Origin: Flavobacteriales bacterium
GTDB taxonomy: Bacteria > Bacteroidota > Bacteroidia > Flavobacteriales_D > JAUILH01
Reading direction: 5' to 3'
DNA: 64,000 nucleotides
Assembly (NCBI GenBank): GCA_964230025.1
Contig: CAXRFO010000018.1
Span: 287,824 to 351,823, forward strand
In this document: positions 39,180-49,046 of the stretch, piece by piece
Numbering within the stretch: the first letter of the stretch is position 1
Layout of the letters: every line of letters begins with the position of its first letter
Position numbers and translations under genes: made by a program
Notes under the pieces: model-generated
What the model was told of the DNA's origin: nothing
What the model saw: only the letters and a program-made list of their open reading frames with translations
The model's database searches: none

Positions 39180-40595
39180 GTGAACATTCTATTAACAGGA
39201 GCGACGGGGTATATTGGCAAGAGACTACTGCCCATACTTGCGGAAGAGAACCATACTATTTATTGTTTGGTTAGAGACAAGGATAGATTTAATCCCCCAA
39301 GTTCATTGAGGTCAAAAATTGTCGTGATTGAAGGTGACCTTTTAAAGGCACAAAGCCTCAATCAACTTCCCAAACAACTGGACTATGCTTATTATTTGGT
39401 CCACAGTATGTCCTCCTCTGATGATTACGATGATTTAGAAGAGAAGTCCGCTTTAAATTTCAAAAATGCAATAGATAACACCAACATACATCAGGTCATT
39501 TATCTGAGTGGTATGACCAATGAAGATAAGTTATCCAAGCACTTGCAATCAAGAAGAAAAGTTGAGGAAGTTTTATCAAGTGGTTTGTTTGCTTTAACCA
39601 CATTAAGGGCCGGAATTATTATTGGTTCTGGGAGCGCATCCTTTGAAATAATAAGAGATTTAGTAGAAAAGTTGCCCTTAATGGTAGCACCCAAATGGCT
39701 TAAAACAAAATGTCAGCCCATAGGGATAAGGGATGTATTGATAATTCTCAAAAAAACGCTGGCAAACAAAAATACCTTCAATAAGAATTTTGACATTGCG
39801 GGAAGTGACATTCTCAGTTATAAGGAAATGCTCCTGGTATTTGCCAAAATGAGAGGGCTTAAGCGGAGAATATTAATTGTTCCTGTTTTAACTCCAAGAC
39901 TGTCGTCATACTGGTTGTATTTCGTGACCTCTACCTCCTATAAACTCGCGCGTAGTTTAGTAGAAAGCATGAAGATTGAAGTTGTGGCAAGGAACGCAGA
40001 AATCAACGAAATCTTAAACCATAAACCCGTTGGATATCAGGATGCTCTACAACGTACTTTTGAAAAAATCAACAACAATGAAATAGTCTCCAGCTGGAAA
40101 GATTCCTATGCAAGTAGCGGCTTTGACCTTGATATAAATGATTTTATTGAAGCTCCAAATCATGGATGTTTCAAGGATAAAAGAACAAGAAAATATACCT
40201 TAAAAGAGAAGACAATAAAGAAAGTTTGGCAATTGGGTGGCAGAAATGGATGGTACTATGCCAATTGGATGTGGAAATTAAGAGGCTATCTGGACAAACT
40301 GGTCGGAGGTGTCGGATTGCGCAGGGGTAGAACGCACCCGACTAAACTAACAGCTGGGGATGCATTAGATTTTTGGCGTGTACTTTACGCCGATGAGAAA
40401 TCAGGGAAACTCTTGCTGTATGCAGAAATGAAATTACCAGGGGAAGCATGGCTTGAATTTGAAATAAAAGATAATAAGCTGGTTCAAACAGCTACTTTCA
40501 GGCCCTTGGGGATTTTAGGAAGACTATATTGGTACTCGGTCCTACCACTTCATGGAATTATATTCAGAGGAATGATCAAAAGGATTGCTGCTTAG
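39180..40595 (+). CDS. YbjT-like atypical SDR oxidoreductase with DUF2867 domain
   Basis: LLTGATGYIG, YYLVHSM, HLQSR, GSGSASFE, GDALDFWRV, AEMKLPGEAWLEF. Confidence 0.9.
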   Translation: MNILLTGATGYIGKRLLPILAEENHTIYCLVRDKDRFNPPSSLRSKIVVIEGDLLKAQSLNQLPKQLDYAYYLVHSMSSSDDYDDLEEKSALNFKNAIDNTNIHQVIYLSGMTNEDKLSKHLQSRRKVEEVLSSGLFALTTLRAGIIIGSGSASFEIIRDLVEKLPLMVAPKWLKTKCQPIGIRDVLIILKKTLANKNTFNKNFDIAGSDILSYKEMLLVFAKMRGLKRRILIVPVLTPRLSSYWLYFVTSTSYKLARSLVESMKIEVVARNAEINEILNHKPVGYQDALQRTFEKINNNEIVSSWKDSYASSGFDLDINDFIEAPNHGCFKDKRTRKYTLKEKTIKKVWQLGGRNGWYYANWMWKLRGYLDKLVGGVGLRRGRTHPTKLTAGDALDFWRVLYADEKSGKLLLYAEMKLPGEAWLEFEIKDNKLVQTATFRPLGILGRLYWYSVLPLHGIIFRGMIKRIAA

Positions 40596-40619
40596 CTACA
40601 CATTTTATAACTTCACAGA

Positions 40620-41501
40620 ATGTCAAATATCTCACAAATAATTGAAGAAAGAGCTGCCAATATCGGCAACTTTTTGGTTGGTCGACTCTTACCATTCAGA
40701 CAGAAAAGATCCGTTGGTCCATTTGTTTTTATAGACCACATGGGACCAACTAAATTAAAGGAAGATGAGAATTTTGATATTGCCCCACACCCTCACATTG
40801 GGCTGTCTACCTTAACTTATCTCTTTGATGGGGAAATTCATCACAGAGACAGCATAGGTTCATCCTTGACAATTAAGCCCGGGGCCGTGAATTGGATGAC
40901 CGCAGGAAGGGGAGTGGTGCACTCTGAAAGGACGCCTAGTCATCTTAGAGGAAAGGAAAAGTTGATGCATGGCTTTCAAATATGGGTTGCTCTTCCGAAA
41001 GAGCTAGAAAACACCGATCCGAGTTTTTACCACTCTGAGGCGAAAGATATACCTGCTTGGGAAAATGGTGAGCTGTCATTCAAGCTAATCGCTGGAAAGG
41101 CTTTTGGAAAAGAATCCCCAGTTCCTGTCCATAGTGAGCTTTATTTTATTGAAATAAAGTCTTCAGAAGAAGCTGTAGTGGATATTGGAGGCAATCTTTT
41201 TGGAGAAGTCGGAATATATACCTTAAATGGAACGATTGAAATTGAGGGTGAAACATATGGCGAAAAACAACTTTTAGTCTGCCAGAATTCAAAGCTCTGT
41301 TCATTTAAAATAGAAGCCAATTCTACCATATATATTTTTGGAGGTTTACCTTTTCCAGAGGAGCGTTTTATTGATTGGAATTTCGTTTCTTCAGATAAAA
41401 GCAAATTGAAAGAAGCCAGAGAAAATTGGCGAAATCAAAATTTTAATGCCTTCCCAAAGGTTCCTGGTGATGAAAAGGAATATGTAAAATTGCCCGGATA
41501 G
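40620..41501 (+). CDS. Pirin family protein
   Basis: GPFVFIDH, PHPHIG, HRDS, WMTAGRGVVHSE, QIWVALP. Confidence 0.95.
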   Translation: MSNISQIIEERAANIGNFLVGRLLPFRQKRSVGPFVFIDHMGPTKLKEDENFDIAPHPHIGLSTLTYLFDGEIHHRDSIGSSLTIKPGAVNWMTAGRGVVHSERTPSHLRGKEKLMHGFQIWVALPKELENTDPSFYHSEAKDIPAWENGELSFKLIAGKAFGKESPVPVHSELYFIEIKSSEEAVVDIGGNLFGEVGIYTLNGTIEIEGETYGEKQLLVCQNSKLCSFKIEANSTIYIFGGLPFPEERFIDWNFVSSDKSKLKEARENWRNQNFNAFPKVPGDEKEYVKLPG

Positions 41502-41502
41502 C

Positions 41503-42060
41503 TTACTTCCAACACCTATACACAAATGCTGGCGGAACATTTACAGGACTAAAGGAATACTTCACTTTTGAAAAGTGATTTTTAAACATTTTCAGTGCAT
41601 TTAAACTATATTGAAATTGCAAATAGATCGAATTCTCATCCATTGATTTAACACAGTTAGCAACGATATTTTCTTTCAGCTCTTTTGGGAAAACCGTGTA
41701 AGGAAGAGACGATAAAATAGCATCCGCCGTGTCCCAACCCAATTCTTCAAGTTTGGTTTTGATGTCCTCGGCAGAATCATTTAACAAGATCATTCTATCG
41801 TCTTGAATCTCTCTCTTTATCTGTTCGAAAAAACTCTCATTTGTCTCAAAAACTAAAAGCTTTGCATCCGGAGCCATTCTTTCTAATATCAACTTGGTAA
41901 AAACTCCATTGCCTGGACCGAGCTCAACAATTTTCTTTGCTTTTGAAAAATCAACGTACGAGCACATTTTTCTTCCCAACACCTTTGAGCTTGGAGCAAT
42001 TGCACCAACTTCTTTCTTATCCTTAAAGAATTGCTTTATATAAGAGCTTTTTTTCGCCAT
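41503..42060 (-). CDS. Class I SAM methyltransferase, phospholipid N-methyltransferase (PmtA)-like
   Basis: VGAIAPSS, VELGPGNGVFT, SSLP, QFQYS, NVPPAFVY. Confidence 0.85.
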   Translation of the reverse strand: MAKKSSYIKQFFKDKKEVGAIAPSSKVLGRKMCSYVDFSKAKKIVELGPGNGVFTKLILERMAPDAKLLVFETNESFFEQIKREIQDDRMILLNDSAEDIKTKLEELGWDTADAILSSLPYTVFPKELKENIVANCVKSMDENSIYLQFQYSLNALKMFKNHFSKVKYSFSPVNVPPAFVYRCWK

Positions 42061-42175
42061 GGCTGACAAATATAAGAGTTTATTTTCTCGTGAAAGAAAG
42101 AAGATTTACACAGACTTATGAGATTAGTAAGCCCATTTAAGGCTATTTCCTTATTACTTTCTAAATTCGCAGCAT

Positions 42176-42877
42176 ATGCTAAAAGTTGACAAACTAAGTG
42201 TAAGCGGAAGTAAGGGCTTTATTCTCAAAAATATAAGTTTTGAACTTCCAGAAAACAGCTTTTGTGCTGTCGTTGGTAGAAGTGGTGTGGGCAAGTCAAC
42301 GCTGCTGAATGCAATAGCTGGCAAGCTTTTCCAAGAAGAAGGTCGTATGCACTGGAAATCCAATAGAATAAAGGACATAGGAGAAGTTCACATTCCTGGC
42401 ACAAACGAAATAGCATTGGTAGATCAAAACACAGAAATTCAGCGGTTCAGTACAATTCAGGACAGTCTGGAAAGTCGCTTTTACTTGAAAGAAGCGGATG
42501 AAATAAAGCAAAGAACGGATGAACTTTGTGCTGCGTTTGAGCTAGAGGATATTCGATATCAAAGTACCGAAGAAATAAGTGGAGGACAACAACAACGTTT
42601 ATCTATCGCCATGAATCTCTGTCGCTTACCCGAACTTCTACTCTTAGATGAACCTTTCAACCAGCAAGATTTAATTTCAGTTAAAAGGATAAACCATTTT
42701 TTAGATAAGGAAGTAAGTGAAAATAAACTTACTGTAATGGTTGCCTGCCACCGTTTCCGTGACATAGCCAATAAATGCACCCATTTGCTTTATCTCACAC
42801 CAGATGGACCTGAGCTATTTGAGTCCCAAGAGATCTCAAAAATCAAAGACAAAATATTATTGGAAATCTTGGGCTAA
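42176..42877 (+). CDS. ABC transporter ATP-binding protein (no adjacent permease)
   Basis: Walker A GRSGVGKS, signature ISGGQ, Walker B LLLDEP, H-loop. Confidence 0.88.
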   Translation: MLKVDKLSVSGSKGFILKNISFELPENSFCAVVGRSGVGKSTLLNAIAGKLFQEEGRMHWKSNRIKDIGEVHIPGTNEIALVDQNTEIQRFSTIQDSLESRFYLKEADEIKQRTDELCAAFELEDIRYQSTEEISGGQQQRLSIAMNLCRLPELLLLDEPFNQQDLISVKRINHFLDKEVSENKLTVMVACHRFRDIANKCTHLLYLTPDGPELFESQEISKIKDKILLEILG

Positions 42878-43699
42878 ATCCAAACGATATAAGTAAGGAC
42901 GGTCAGAAACCGCAAACATCTTATCGTTCATGACACAAATTCCGTTGATTGATCGCTTGCTAGGGTGAAGTTCAACTTTTGATACGAAATTCAAATCAAG
43001 GTCCCATTTTTTAATACTTCCATCCCTACTGGCAGAGTAGATATTGTCCTTGTAAAATATGATCTTATAAATTGCTCCGGTGTGCGCTGGAATTTTCTTT
43101 TCTATGTTAAAATCAGCCTTAAGCTTATAGATATGTCCGTCCCATCCAGCAGAATAAAAAAACTCACCCACTTTTAGAGCTGAATTACATGCTTTTTCGT
43201 GATGGTTTGATTCTTCAAGTAAGTTCATCCATTCATCCAGGTAGGATAAACTTCCTCCTGCATCACAAACCAAGAATCCCTGTTCAATTTTATTTATACT
43301 TCTTATTTTATTAGCGGAGAAAGGAATATAGCGCTCAAGCTCAAAGCTTGATGTCTCCCAAAGAGCAATACCTCCAGCACCATCACTGCTTATTGTTTTT
43401 CCATTTTCAAGATGCTGAATGGAATAAATGGATTTTTTGTGTTGAACAATATTCTTAAGTTCCCTTTTTTCCTTCAAATCAATAATGTGTAAAGAGGAGT
43501 CACTTAAACCCAACCACATTCTAGAATTTTCATCCACCGCTATGGCGTAAACCGCAGATTCCGTTCTGATATTGGGAGGTAAGGGATTTAAGTTTTCATC
43601 CCATTTGCCTACTATTTTATCTAATCCTCCGGTATAAATAAACTCTCCATCCGAACAAATAGAGTAGAGGGCATTACTGGCAATTGCTATACTTTTCAT
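42857..43699 (-). CDS. WD40 repeat protein
   Basis: TGGLDKIVGKWD, SAGWDG, HTGAIY...SASRDGSIKKWD. Confidence 0.85.
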   Translation of the reverse strand: MKSIAIASNALYSICSDGEFIYTGGLDKIVGKWDENLNPLPPNIRTESAVYAIAVDENSRMWLGLSDSSLHIIDLKEKRELKNIVQHKKSIYSIQHLENGKTISSDGAGGIALWETSSFELERYIPFSANKIRSINKIEQGFLVCDAGGSLSYLDEWMNLLEESNHHEKACNSALKVGEFFYSAGWDGHIYKLKADFNIEKKIPAHTGAIYKIIFYKDNIYSASRDGSIKKWDLDLNFVSKVELHPSKRSINGICVMNDKMFAVSDRPYLYRLDLAQDFQ

Positions 43700-44409
43700 A
43701 GTGTGATTCGTCCAAGATAATTATAGTGTTCTCCTTCTATCAATTTTTCATATTTCATATCAAGTAAATAGCAAGCATTGGCTACCGTCTCACTATCAAC
43801 ATACATCCATAAATCTTCCTCTGAATGTTGATCGTCATAATGCATTTGATAGGCTAGGGTTCCATAATATTCATGTTCATGCAGGCCCTCAAACTCTTCT
43901 GGGCTATCAACCATAAACATTAGATCGGAACTATCAAATAAGACTTGACCGCCTTCGGAGAGTAGTGTTTTGCATTTTTCTAAGAGCTCAATTAGTCCAG
44001 AAGGAGTTTTTGCCATTCCCAGTCCATTCATTAAAAAAAGGAGGGTGTCAAATTTACCTTCTACTTTATAAAAATCAATCAAGCTGGCATCAATATTTTG
44101 ATTTTTCATTGCTTCAACAGCGCCTTCTGAGATATCAATTGCTTGAACTTTTTTATTTCTATCCATCAATATCTTTGAATGACATCCAGATCCAGCTCCT
44201 ACATCCAGTATGCGACCTTCAGCTAAATCCAGCGCTTTTTGCTCCCATGTAGGCATTTCATCATAGGCTCTAAATAAATATGGTACGGGTAGAACATCAT
44301 CAGCCGCCCAATCACTTGTTACCACAATATCTGGTTCAAACTCTCCATTTAGATAATCTAAAACGGCCTTGCCCAATGGGTCGTTATTTAAGGTGTAACT
44401 TATTCTCAC
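43696..44409 (-). CDS. Class I SAM-dependent methyltransferase
   Basis: ILDVGAGSGCH, AIDIS, FDTLLFLMNG, GGQVLFDS. Confidence 0.9.
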   Translation of the reverse strand: MRISYTLNNDPLGKAVLDYLNGEFEPDIVVTSDWAADDVLPVPYLFRAYDEMPTWEQKALDLAEGRILDVGAGSGCHSKILMDRNKKVQAIDISEGAVEAMKNQNIDASLIDFYKVEGKFDTLLFLMNGLGMAKTPSGLIELLEKCKTLLSEGGQVLFDSSDLMFMVDSPEEFEGLHEHEYYGTLAYQMHYDDQHSEEDLWMYVDSETVANACYLLDMKYEKLIEGEHYNYLGRITL

Positions 44410-44450
44410 TTAGTAACGTATGATATAATTAAGACAAAATATATGTTAGG

Positions 44451-45149
44451 GTGTTACCTAATTGCCTTATATTTTATCAAGCAAGGAACAAATCTAAAAA
44501 AACTGGAACATTGAGAGAGGAAAAAAAGACAACGTATGAGCTGATGCTAGTGGAAGGAGCAGATGCTATTAGCGTGTTGTACGAGCGGTACGGGAAGCGG
44601 CTGTTCTACTACGGAGCTAATAAATGGAATGTAAACGAAGATGACAATTGGGATTTAATTTACAAAACCTTATTCAAGGTTTGTGAAAAAATTGAGAATT
44701 ACGAATTTGATTCTGAAAAAGGCTTTGCGGCCATCGTTTATAAAATTTACATAAACTATTTGCGCAAGCATTACCGCAAACAGAAGCAAATAGGTGAGCG
44801 ATTGTCGTTTGAGTCATTTGATGAGAAGTTTTTTGATGATTACGACAATCCTCATGGGAATAAAACAGAACGAAAAATCCAGAAACGTATTGTTGATGCC
44901 GATATTAAAATGCGTGAAGATAAAGATGAAGTTCATAATCCCTACTTGCTGATTCTGGAAGCAGAACTAGAAAAATTGGAGGACTGGCAGCGCATGTTGC
45001 TCTTACTAAAGAGTCAGAACATGCCTTATAAAGAAATTGGTGAATTTATTAACCGACCAGCAGGACAGCTTAAAGTGTATTATGCTCGACTGAAAACAAG
45101 GTTAACCAAGAATATAAATGAACAACTTGCACAACAAAAAAACAACTGA
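44451..45149 (+). CDS. Atypical ECF sigma factor (true start probably TTG 44511 or later)
   Basis: Region-2-like LYERYGKRL...DDNWDLIYKTLFKV...NYLRKHYR and region-4-like LEDWQRMLLLL...MPYKEIG...LKVYYARLK. Confidence 0.8.
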   Translation: MLPNCLIFYQARNKSKKTGTLREEKKTTYELMLVEGADAISVLYERYGKRLFYYGANKWNVNEDDNWDLIYKTLFKVCEKIENYEFDSEKGFAAIVYKIYINYLRKHYRKQKQIGERLSFESFDEKFFDDYDNPHGNKTERKIQKRIVDADIKMREDKDEVHNPYLLILEAELEKLEDWQRMLLLLKSQNMPYKEIGEFINRPAGQLKVYYARLKTRLTKNINEQLAQQKNN

Positions 45150-45161
45150 AAATTAACTGAA

Positions 45162-45425
45162 ATGAAACATTTATATAAACACTCCCTTGAAGAACACGAT
45201 TTTGATGAGATGATGAGGGATTATTTAATGGAAAACCCTAACGCTCATACAGATGCCATTCTTATGAAAGGGATTGATTCTGTGAACATAGATGACAAAG
45301 CTGATTTGGATTCAGAAAAATCAAAAAAACTGCTTGATAAGCTGAGGTCCAACAGCAGAGAAAAAGGATTAGGCATGGCTGGCAAAGCCTTTATGGCCAT
45401 GATGATGTTTGGCTCATATCTATAA
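45162..45425 (+). CDS. Small putative anti-sigma factor (minimal or truncated)
   Basis: 12 bp after the sigma gene; acidic helical N-terminus (FDEMMRDYL) and a short hydrophobic C-terminal tail. Confidence 0.55.
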   Translation: MKHLYKHSLEEHDFDEMMRDYLMENPNAHTDAILMKGIDSVNIDDKADLDSEKSKKLLDKLRSNSREKGLGMAGKAFMAMMMFGSYL

Positions 45426-45449
45426 AGAAAAGTTAAATTTGCTATCAGT

Positions 45450-47126
45450 ATGAAGAGACTGATAGCATTTTTTTTATGCCTTATCCCAGCTTGGTTATTC
45501 GGGCAAAACTGTTGCACCCCGGAAAATTTAGGAGGTTTAGATCTTCCAGCAGAAGTCTTTGAGGGTATAGGGCACATAGATGTCAACTGTACCACAGAGA
45601 ACGATTCTTGTAAATTCTTCATTGAACAAGGCTGGGCGCTTGTACACCAATTTAATTTTTCCGCAGCTGGCCGATCTTTTAACAGAGCTATTCAATTAGA
45701 TTCCTCCTGTATGATGGCTTATATAGGCTATCACAACATTTTATACATTGAGGATGAAGATGACCTAGCTTATGATATCTATAGTTTGGTCTACGATAAA
45801 TGGGGCGACTATATTAATCTCTCCCAGGACGAACAAGACAGTATTTTCGAATTAGATACAATTTACAACGAAGACGAATACGGGCTTTTTCATGTTCTGA
45901 TGCATGCTAATTATGTAAAGAAAAAATATTATACTTCCGTTTTATATGAAGGACTCGACTACCTCCATTTAAAAGGAAATAATGGTCTGATTTTGTCGCA
46001 GATTACACCACAAAACGAAAGTGAAGAAGATAACCCACTGATAGAGTACTTTGGCAGTAAAATGGACATACTTTTAAACGAGTCAAATCTTGACAATAAG
46101 CCTTATTACCAACACTATATTATCCATGCCTTGGAAGACACCACACCCGGAGATTTGCTATTATATGCAAGAGTATTACCTCAACTAGCACCAAATTCAG
46201 GGCATTTAGTGCATATGCCTGCTCATGTTTATTATAAGCTAGGAATATATGATTCCTCCTTGTATTGGGTGAACGAATCTATTAAAGTTGATAGCGCTTA
46301 CAACAGCAGATACCCGAAATACGCCATTTATAACTGGAATTTCAATCACAACCTGGTATATAAAAGTCGTATTCTAATGGAAATGGGTTACCCGGATAGT
46401 GCTAAACAGACACTAAAAGATTTCATCGTAAATCCCAATGACGAGGATTTTGAATTCCATCAAATGGTCATAAAAACCTCTGAAATGATGGTTAATTGGC
46501 GTTACAGAAATTGGAAAAAACTTGAAGAGGAGGCAAAAACTGTCGATGGAATTTATGAAACTGAAGGATATAATTTATGGTTTAGAACTATTCAGCAATA
46601 TGCCAGAATGATGGACCTAATAGAGCACAATGATTTTGAAAATTGGAAAGCTGAAGAAAAACATTGGAAGACCTTGAAAAAGGCGGCAAAAAAGGATAAG
46701 GATTTTAACTATTGGGATTTGTTTTTTTGGATGAGAGCTGAAATTAATGCAATGTATGCAGCCAGAAACTCAAATGAAATTGATGCCGATTTCTACACCT
46801 ATCAAATGAAAGATTGGTCAGAAATTGCAGAATTAGAATATGGCGATCCAAGCGACCTGCCCTCCCACATACACGAGCACATTGGCCATGTTTATTACCA
46901 AGGTAAATTCTGGCAAAAAGCTGTTAATTACTTTGAATATGCCCTCAAGAAACAACCAAACTCAGGATATATTGAATTATATCTAGCTAAATCCTATTTT
47001 CACTTGGGAAATAAGACACAAGCTCAAATTTATTTAGATCGCTTTTACACCCATTGGCAGCCTCATAAAACAAATAAAAAGGAATTTGAAATGGCTCGTA
47101 TTCTAGAAGCAGAATTAACAAAATAG
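45450..47126 (+). CDS. Secreted TPR protein with His-rich motif
   Basis: Signal peptide; FIEQG...FN...A.RSF..A..LD..C.MAY.G, HYIIHALE, GHLVHMPAHVY, NHN; C-terminal TPR repeats. Confidence 0.8.
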   Translation: MKRLIAFFLCLIPAWLFGQNCCTPENLGGLDLPAEVFEGIGHIDVNCTTENDSCKFFIEQGWALVHQFNFSAAGRSFNRAIQLDSSCMMAYIGYHNILYIEDEDDLAYDIYSLVYDKWGDYINLSQDEQDSIFELDTIYNEDEYGLFHVLMHANYVKKKYYTSVLYEGLDYLHLKGNNGLILSQITPQNESEEDNPLIEYFGSKMDILLNESNLDNKPYYQHYIIHALEDTTPGDLLLYARVLPQLAPNSGHLVHMPAHVYYKLGIYDSSLYWVNESIKVDSAYNSRYPKYAIYNWNFNHNLVYKSRILMEMGYPDSAKQTLKDFIVNPNDEDFEFHQMVIKTSEMMVNWRYRNWKKLEEEAKTVDGIYETEGYNLWFRTIQQYARMMDLIEHNDFENWKAEEKHWKTLKKAAKKDKDFNYWDLFFWMRAEINAMYAARNSNEIDADFYTYQMKDWSEIAELEYGDPSDLPSHIHEHIGHVYYQGKFWQKAVNYFEYALKKQPNSGYIELYLAKSYFHLGNKTQAQIYLDRFYTHWQPHKTNKKEFEMARILEAELTK

Positions 47127-47157
47127 AACAATTTTTAAATTAACTTGTTTACCCGAT

Positions 47158-47613
47158 ATGACACATTTAAACGAAGGAGACAAAGCTCCAGCATTTGAAG
47201 GAAAAGACCAAGATGGAAATACCGTTAAACTATCTGATTTTAGCGGTAAAAAACTTGTGATATATTTTTATCCGAAAGACATGACCCCTGGTTGTACAAC
47301 CCAAGCATGTAATCTAGGAGATAATTATGCAAAGTTTAAATCGGAAGAATATGAAATTATTGGCGTAAGTGCCGATGACGAAAAACGACATCAAAAATTT
47401 ATTGAAAAATACAGCTTACCTTTCAGCCTAATTGCGGACACCGAAAAGGAAATGATTAATGCATACGGAGTTTGGGGACCAAAAAAATTCATGGGACGTG
47501 AATTCGACGGTATTCATCGCACTACCTTCGTCATAGATGAAAACGGAGTCATTGAAAAAATAATCCATAAGGTTAAAACCAAGGAGCACTCAGCACAAAT
47601 TTTAGAAGCATAA
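47158..47613 (+). CDS. bcp: Thioredoxin-dependent thiol peroxidase Bcp
   Basis: YFYPKDMTPGCTTQAC, RTTFVID. Confidence 0.96.
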   Translation: MTHLNEGDKAPAFEGKDQDGNTVKLSDFSGKKLVIYFYPKDMTPGCTTQACNLGDNYAKFKSEEYEIIGVSADDEKRHQKFIEKYSLPFSLIADTEKEMINAYGVWGPKKFMGREFDGIHRTTFVIDENGVIEKIIHKVKTKEHSAQILEA

Positions 47614-47640
47614 AAAAGGGGGAGTTTAAACTCCCCCTTA
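47612..47640. terminator. Bidirectional intrinsic terminator
   Basis: Perfect palindrome AAGGGGGAGTTTAAACTCCCCCTT (47616-47639) between convergent bcp and carbonic anhydrase genes. Confidence 0.85.
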
Positions 47641-47660
47641 TTAGTCTCATTTATTTCTTT

Positions 47661-48227
47661 TTAGAAAAAGTCTACTTTCCCACTTTCTAAGCTATAATAT
47701 GCAGGTACAATTTTAACCTTTCCGCTTTCTACTGCATTCCTTATTATAGAAGATCGATTTATAAGCTCTTCACCATTTAATTCAGCATTTTTCTTAACAA
47801 CCGTTGCCAAGTCCGCTCCAGCACCACAAGCCGATAGAGCAGGGGTAACATGGGACAAAAGATGATTTAAATTATATCCATTATCTCCTCCATTAACTGC
47901 AGCAGTCACAGCTCCACAGCTTTCATGCCCCATAACAACGATCAAAGTAGAGCCCAAATGAGCAACTGCATACTCTATACTAGCTATAGAAGAGCTATTT
48001 GCAATGTTTCCAGCAACACGAACCGTGAAAATTTCACCCAAGCCAGTATCAAATGCCATCTCAGGTACTACACGACTATCCGCACAACTTAATATTATAG
48101 CGTATGGTGATTGTCCTCCAGTAAGCGAACTTCTTCTTACACTATCTTGTAACTTACCATCTAATTTATCAGCAACAAAACGCTCATTGCCACTTTTTAA
48201 TCTATCTAATACTTCTTGACTGTTCAT
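47661..48227 (-). CDS. Beta-class carbonic anhydrase
   Basis: GNERF, CADSRV, RVAGN, GHESCGA. Confidence 0.95.
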   Translation of the reverse strand: MNSQEVLDRLKSGNERFVADKLDGKLQDSVRRSSLTGGQSPYAIILSCADSRVVPEMAFDTGLGEIFTVRVAGNIANSSSIASIEYAVAHLGSTLIVVMGHESCGAVTAAVNGGDNGYNLNHLLSHVTPALSACGAGADLATVVKKNAELNGEELINRSSIIRNAVESGKVKIVPAYYSLESGKVDFF

Positions 48228-48272
48228 TCTAATTTTTTTCCTAAGATAAGAATCGTTTATTAATTAACTAGA

Positions 48273-49007
48273 CTATTTAAACTTAAGGAAATTCTTTAAT
48301 CTGTATAAGAACCACCTATGAGGTGCATAGATAGATTTCCAATACATTAATTCAAACAATTTTTTCTGTGACTGGTTTATGGTTAATTGAAAATCTCGCG
48401 TATGAGGCTCAATGATTGCAAGACAAAGTCCTCCAGCAATTACATTCTTACGGTTAGAACCTTTCATTTTTTCATGGAATACACCAGGAACAAAATCTAT
48501 TTCTACGTAATGTACATTCGGGTTTTCTTCCCAATTGGCTCCCAAAATACCCTTTCTAGCCATGGGGATAAACGTATCGTGAAACAAAATATAAAGACGC
48601 TTTTTTGGCTTATACTTTAACACCTCATTAATATCATTTTTTACACCTTCTTCGGTATGATCACCATCAATTAAGACGAATTCTAAGGACTCACCGTTCT
48701 CTTCAATTTTGGCTAGTACCTCAGGAATAAGTTTCCGAGAATCACCCGTATAGTAGCTTACATTTGTAAAACTATCTTTGTATTCATGTCTATGCTTATC
48801 GGTGATATCAATCGAATATACTTTGTCAGCGAATTGTGATATCACTTGTAAACTTCCACCTTTGTAAGAGCCTATTTCAATTGCTACTGCAGGTTTAATA
48901 TACTCTAATAGGTTATGAAATGCATACTTCTCACAACGGGTCATTTGCCAGAAATGAGGATAATGATCTAAAGATAGCGTGGGATAGTGGGGGTCTGAAG
49001 TAAGCAT
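48273..49007 (-). CDS. Class I SAM methyltransferase (Methyltransf_24-like)
   Basis: IEIGSYKGGS, GDS, FVLIDGDH, FHD. Confidence 0.85.
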   Translation of the reverse strand: MLTSDPHYPTLSLDHYPHFWQMTRCEKYAFHNLLEYIKPAVAIEIGSYKGGSLQVISQFADKVYSIDITDKHRHEYKDSFTNVSYYTGDSRKLIPEVLAKIEENGESLEFVLIDGDHTEEGVKNDINEVLKYKPKKRLYILFHDTFIPMARKGILGANWEENPNVHYVEIDFVPGVFHEKMKGSNRKNVIAGGLCLAIIEPHTRDFQLTINQSQKKLFELMYWKSIYAPHRWFLYRLKNFLKFK

Positions 49008-49046
49008 AATAACAGAGTGCTAAGTCCAATTAAGCACCCTTATAAA

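Noticed and set aside
45162-47126. The 87-aa ORF and the TPR gene are in the same frame, separated by a single TAA and eight sense codons (possible read-through or broken fusion)
   Set aside because: The TPR gene has its own typical signal peptide, and a TAAATTTG -7 element lies in the spacer. TAA is a poor read-through codon, and a shared frame occurs by chance one time in three. A fused homologue in a database search would revive the idea.
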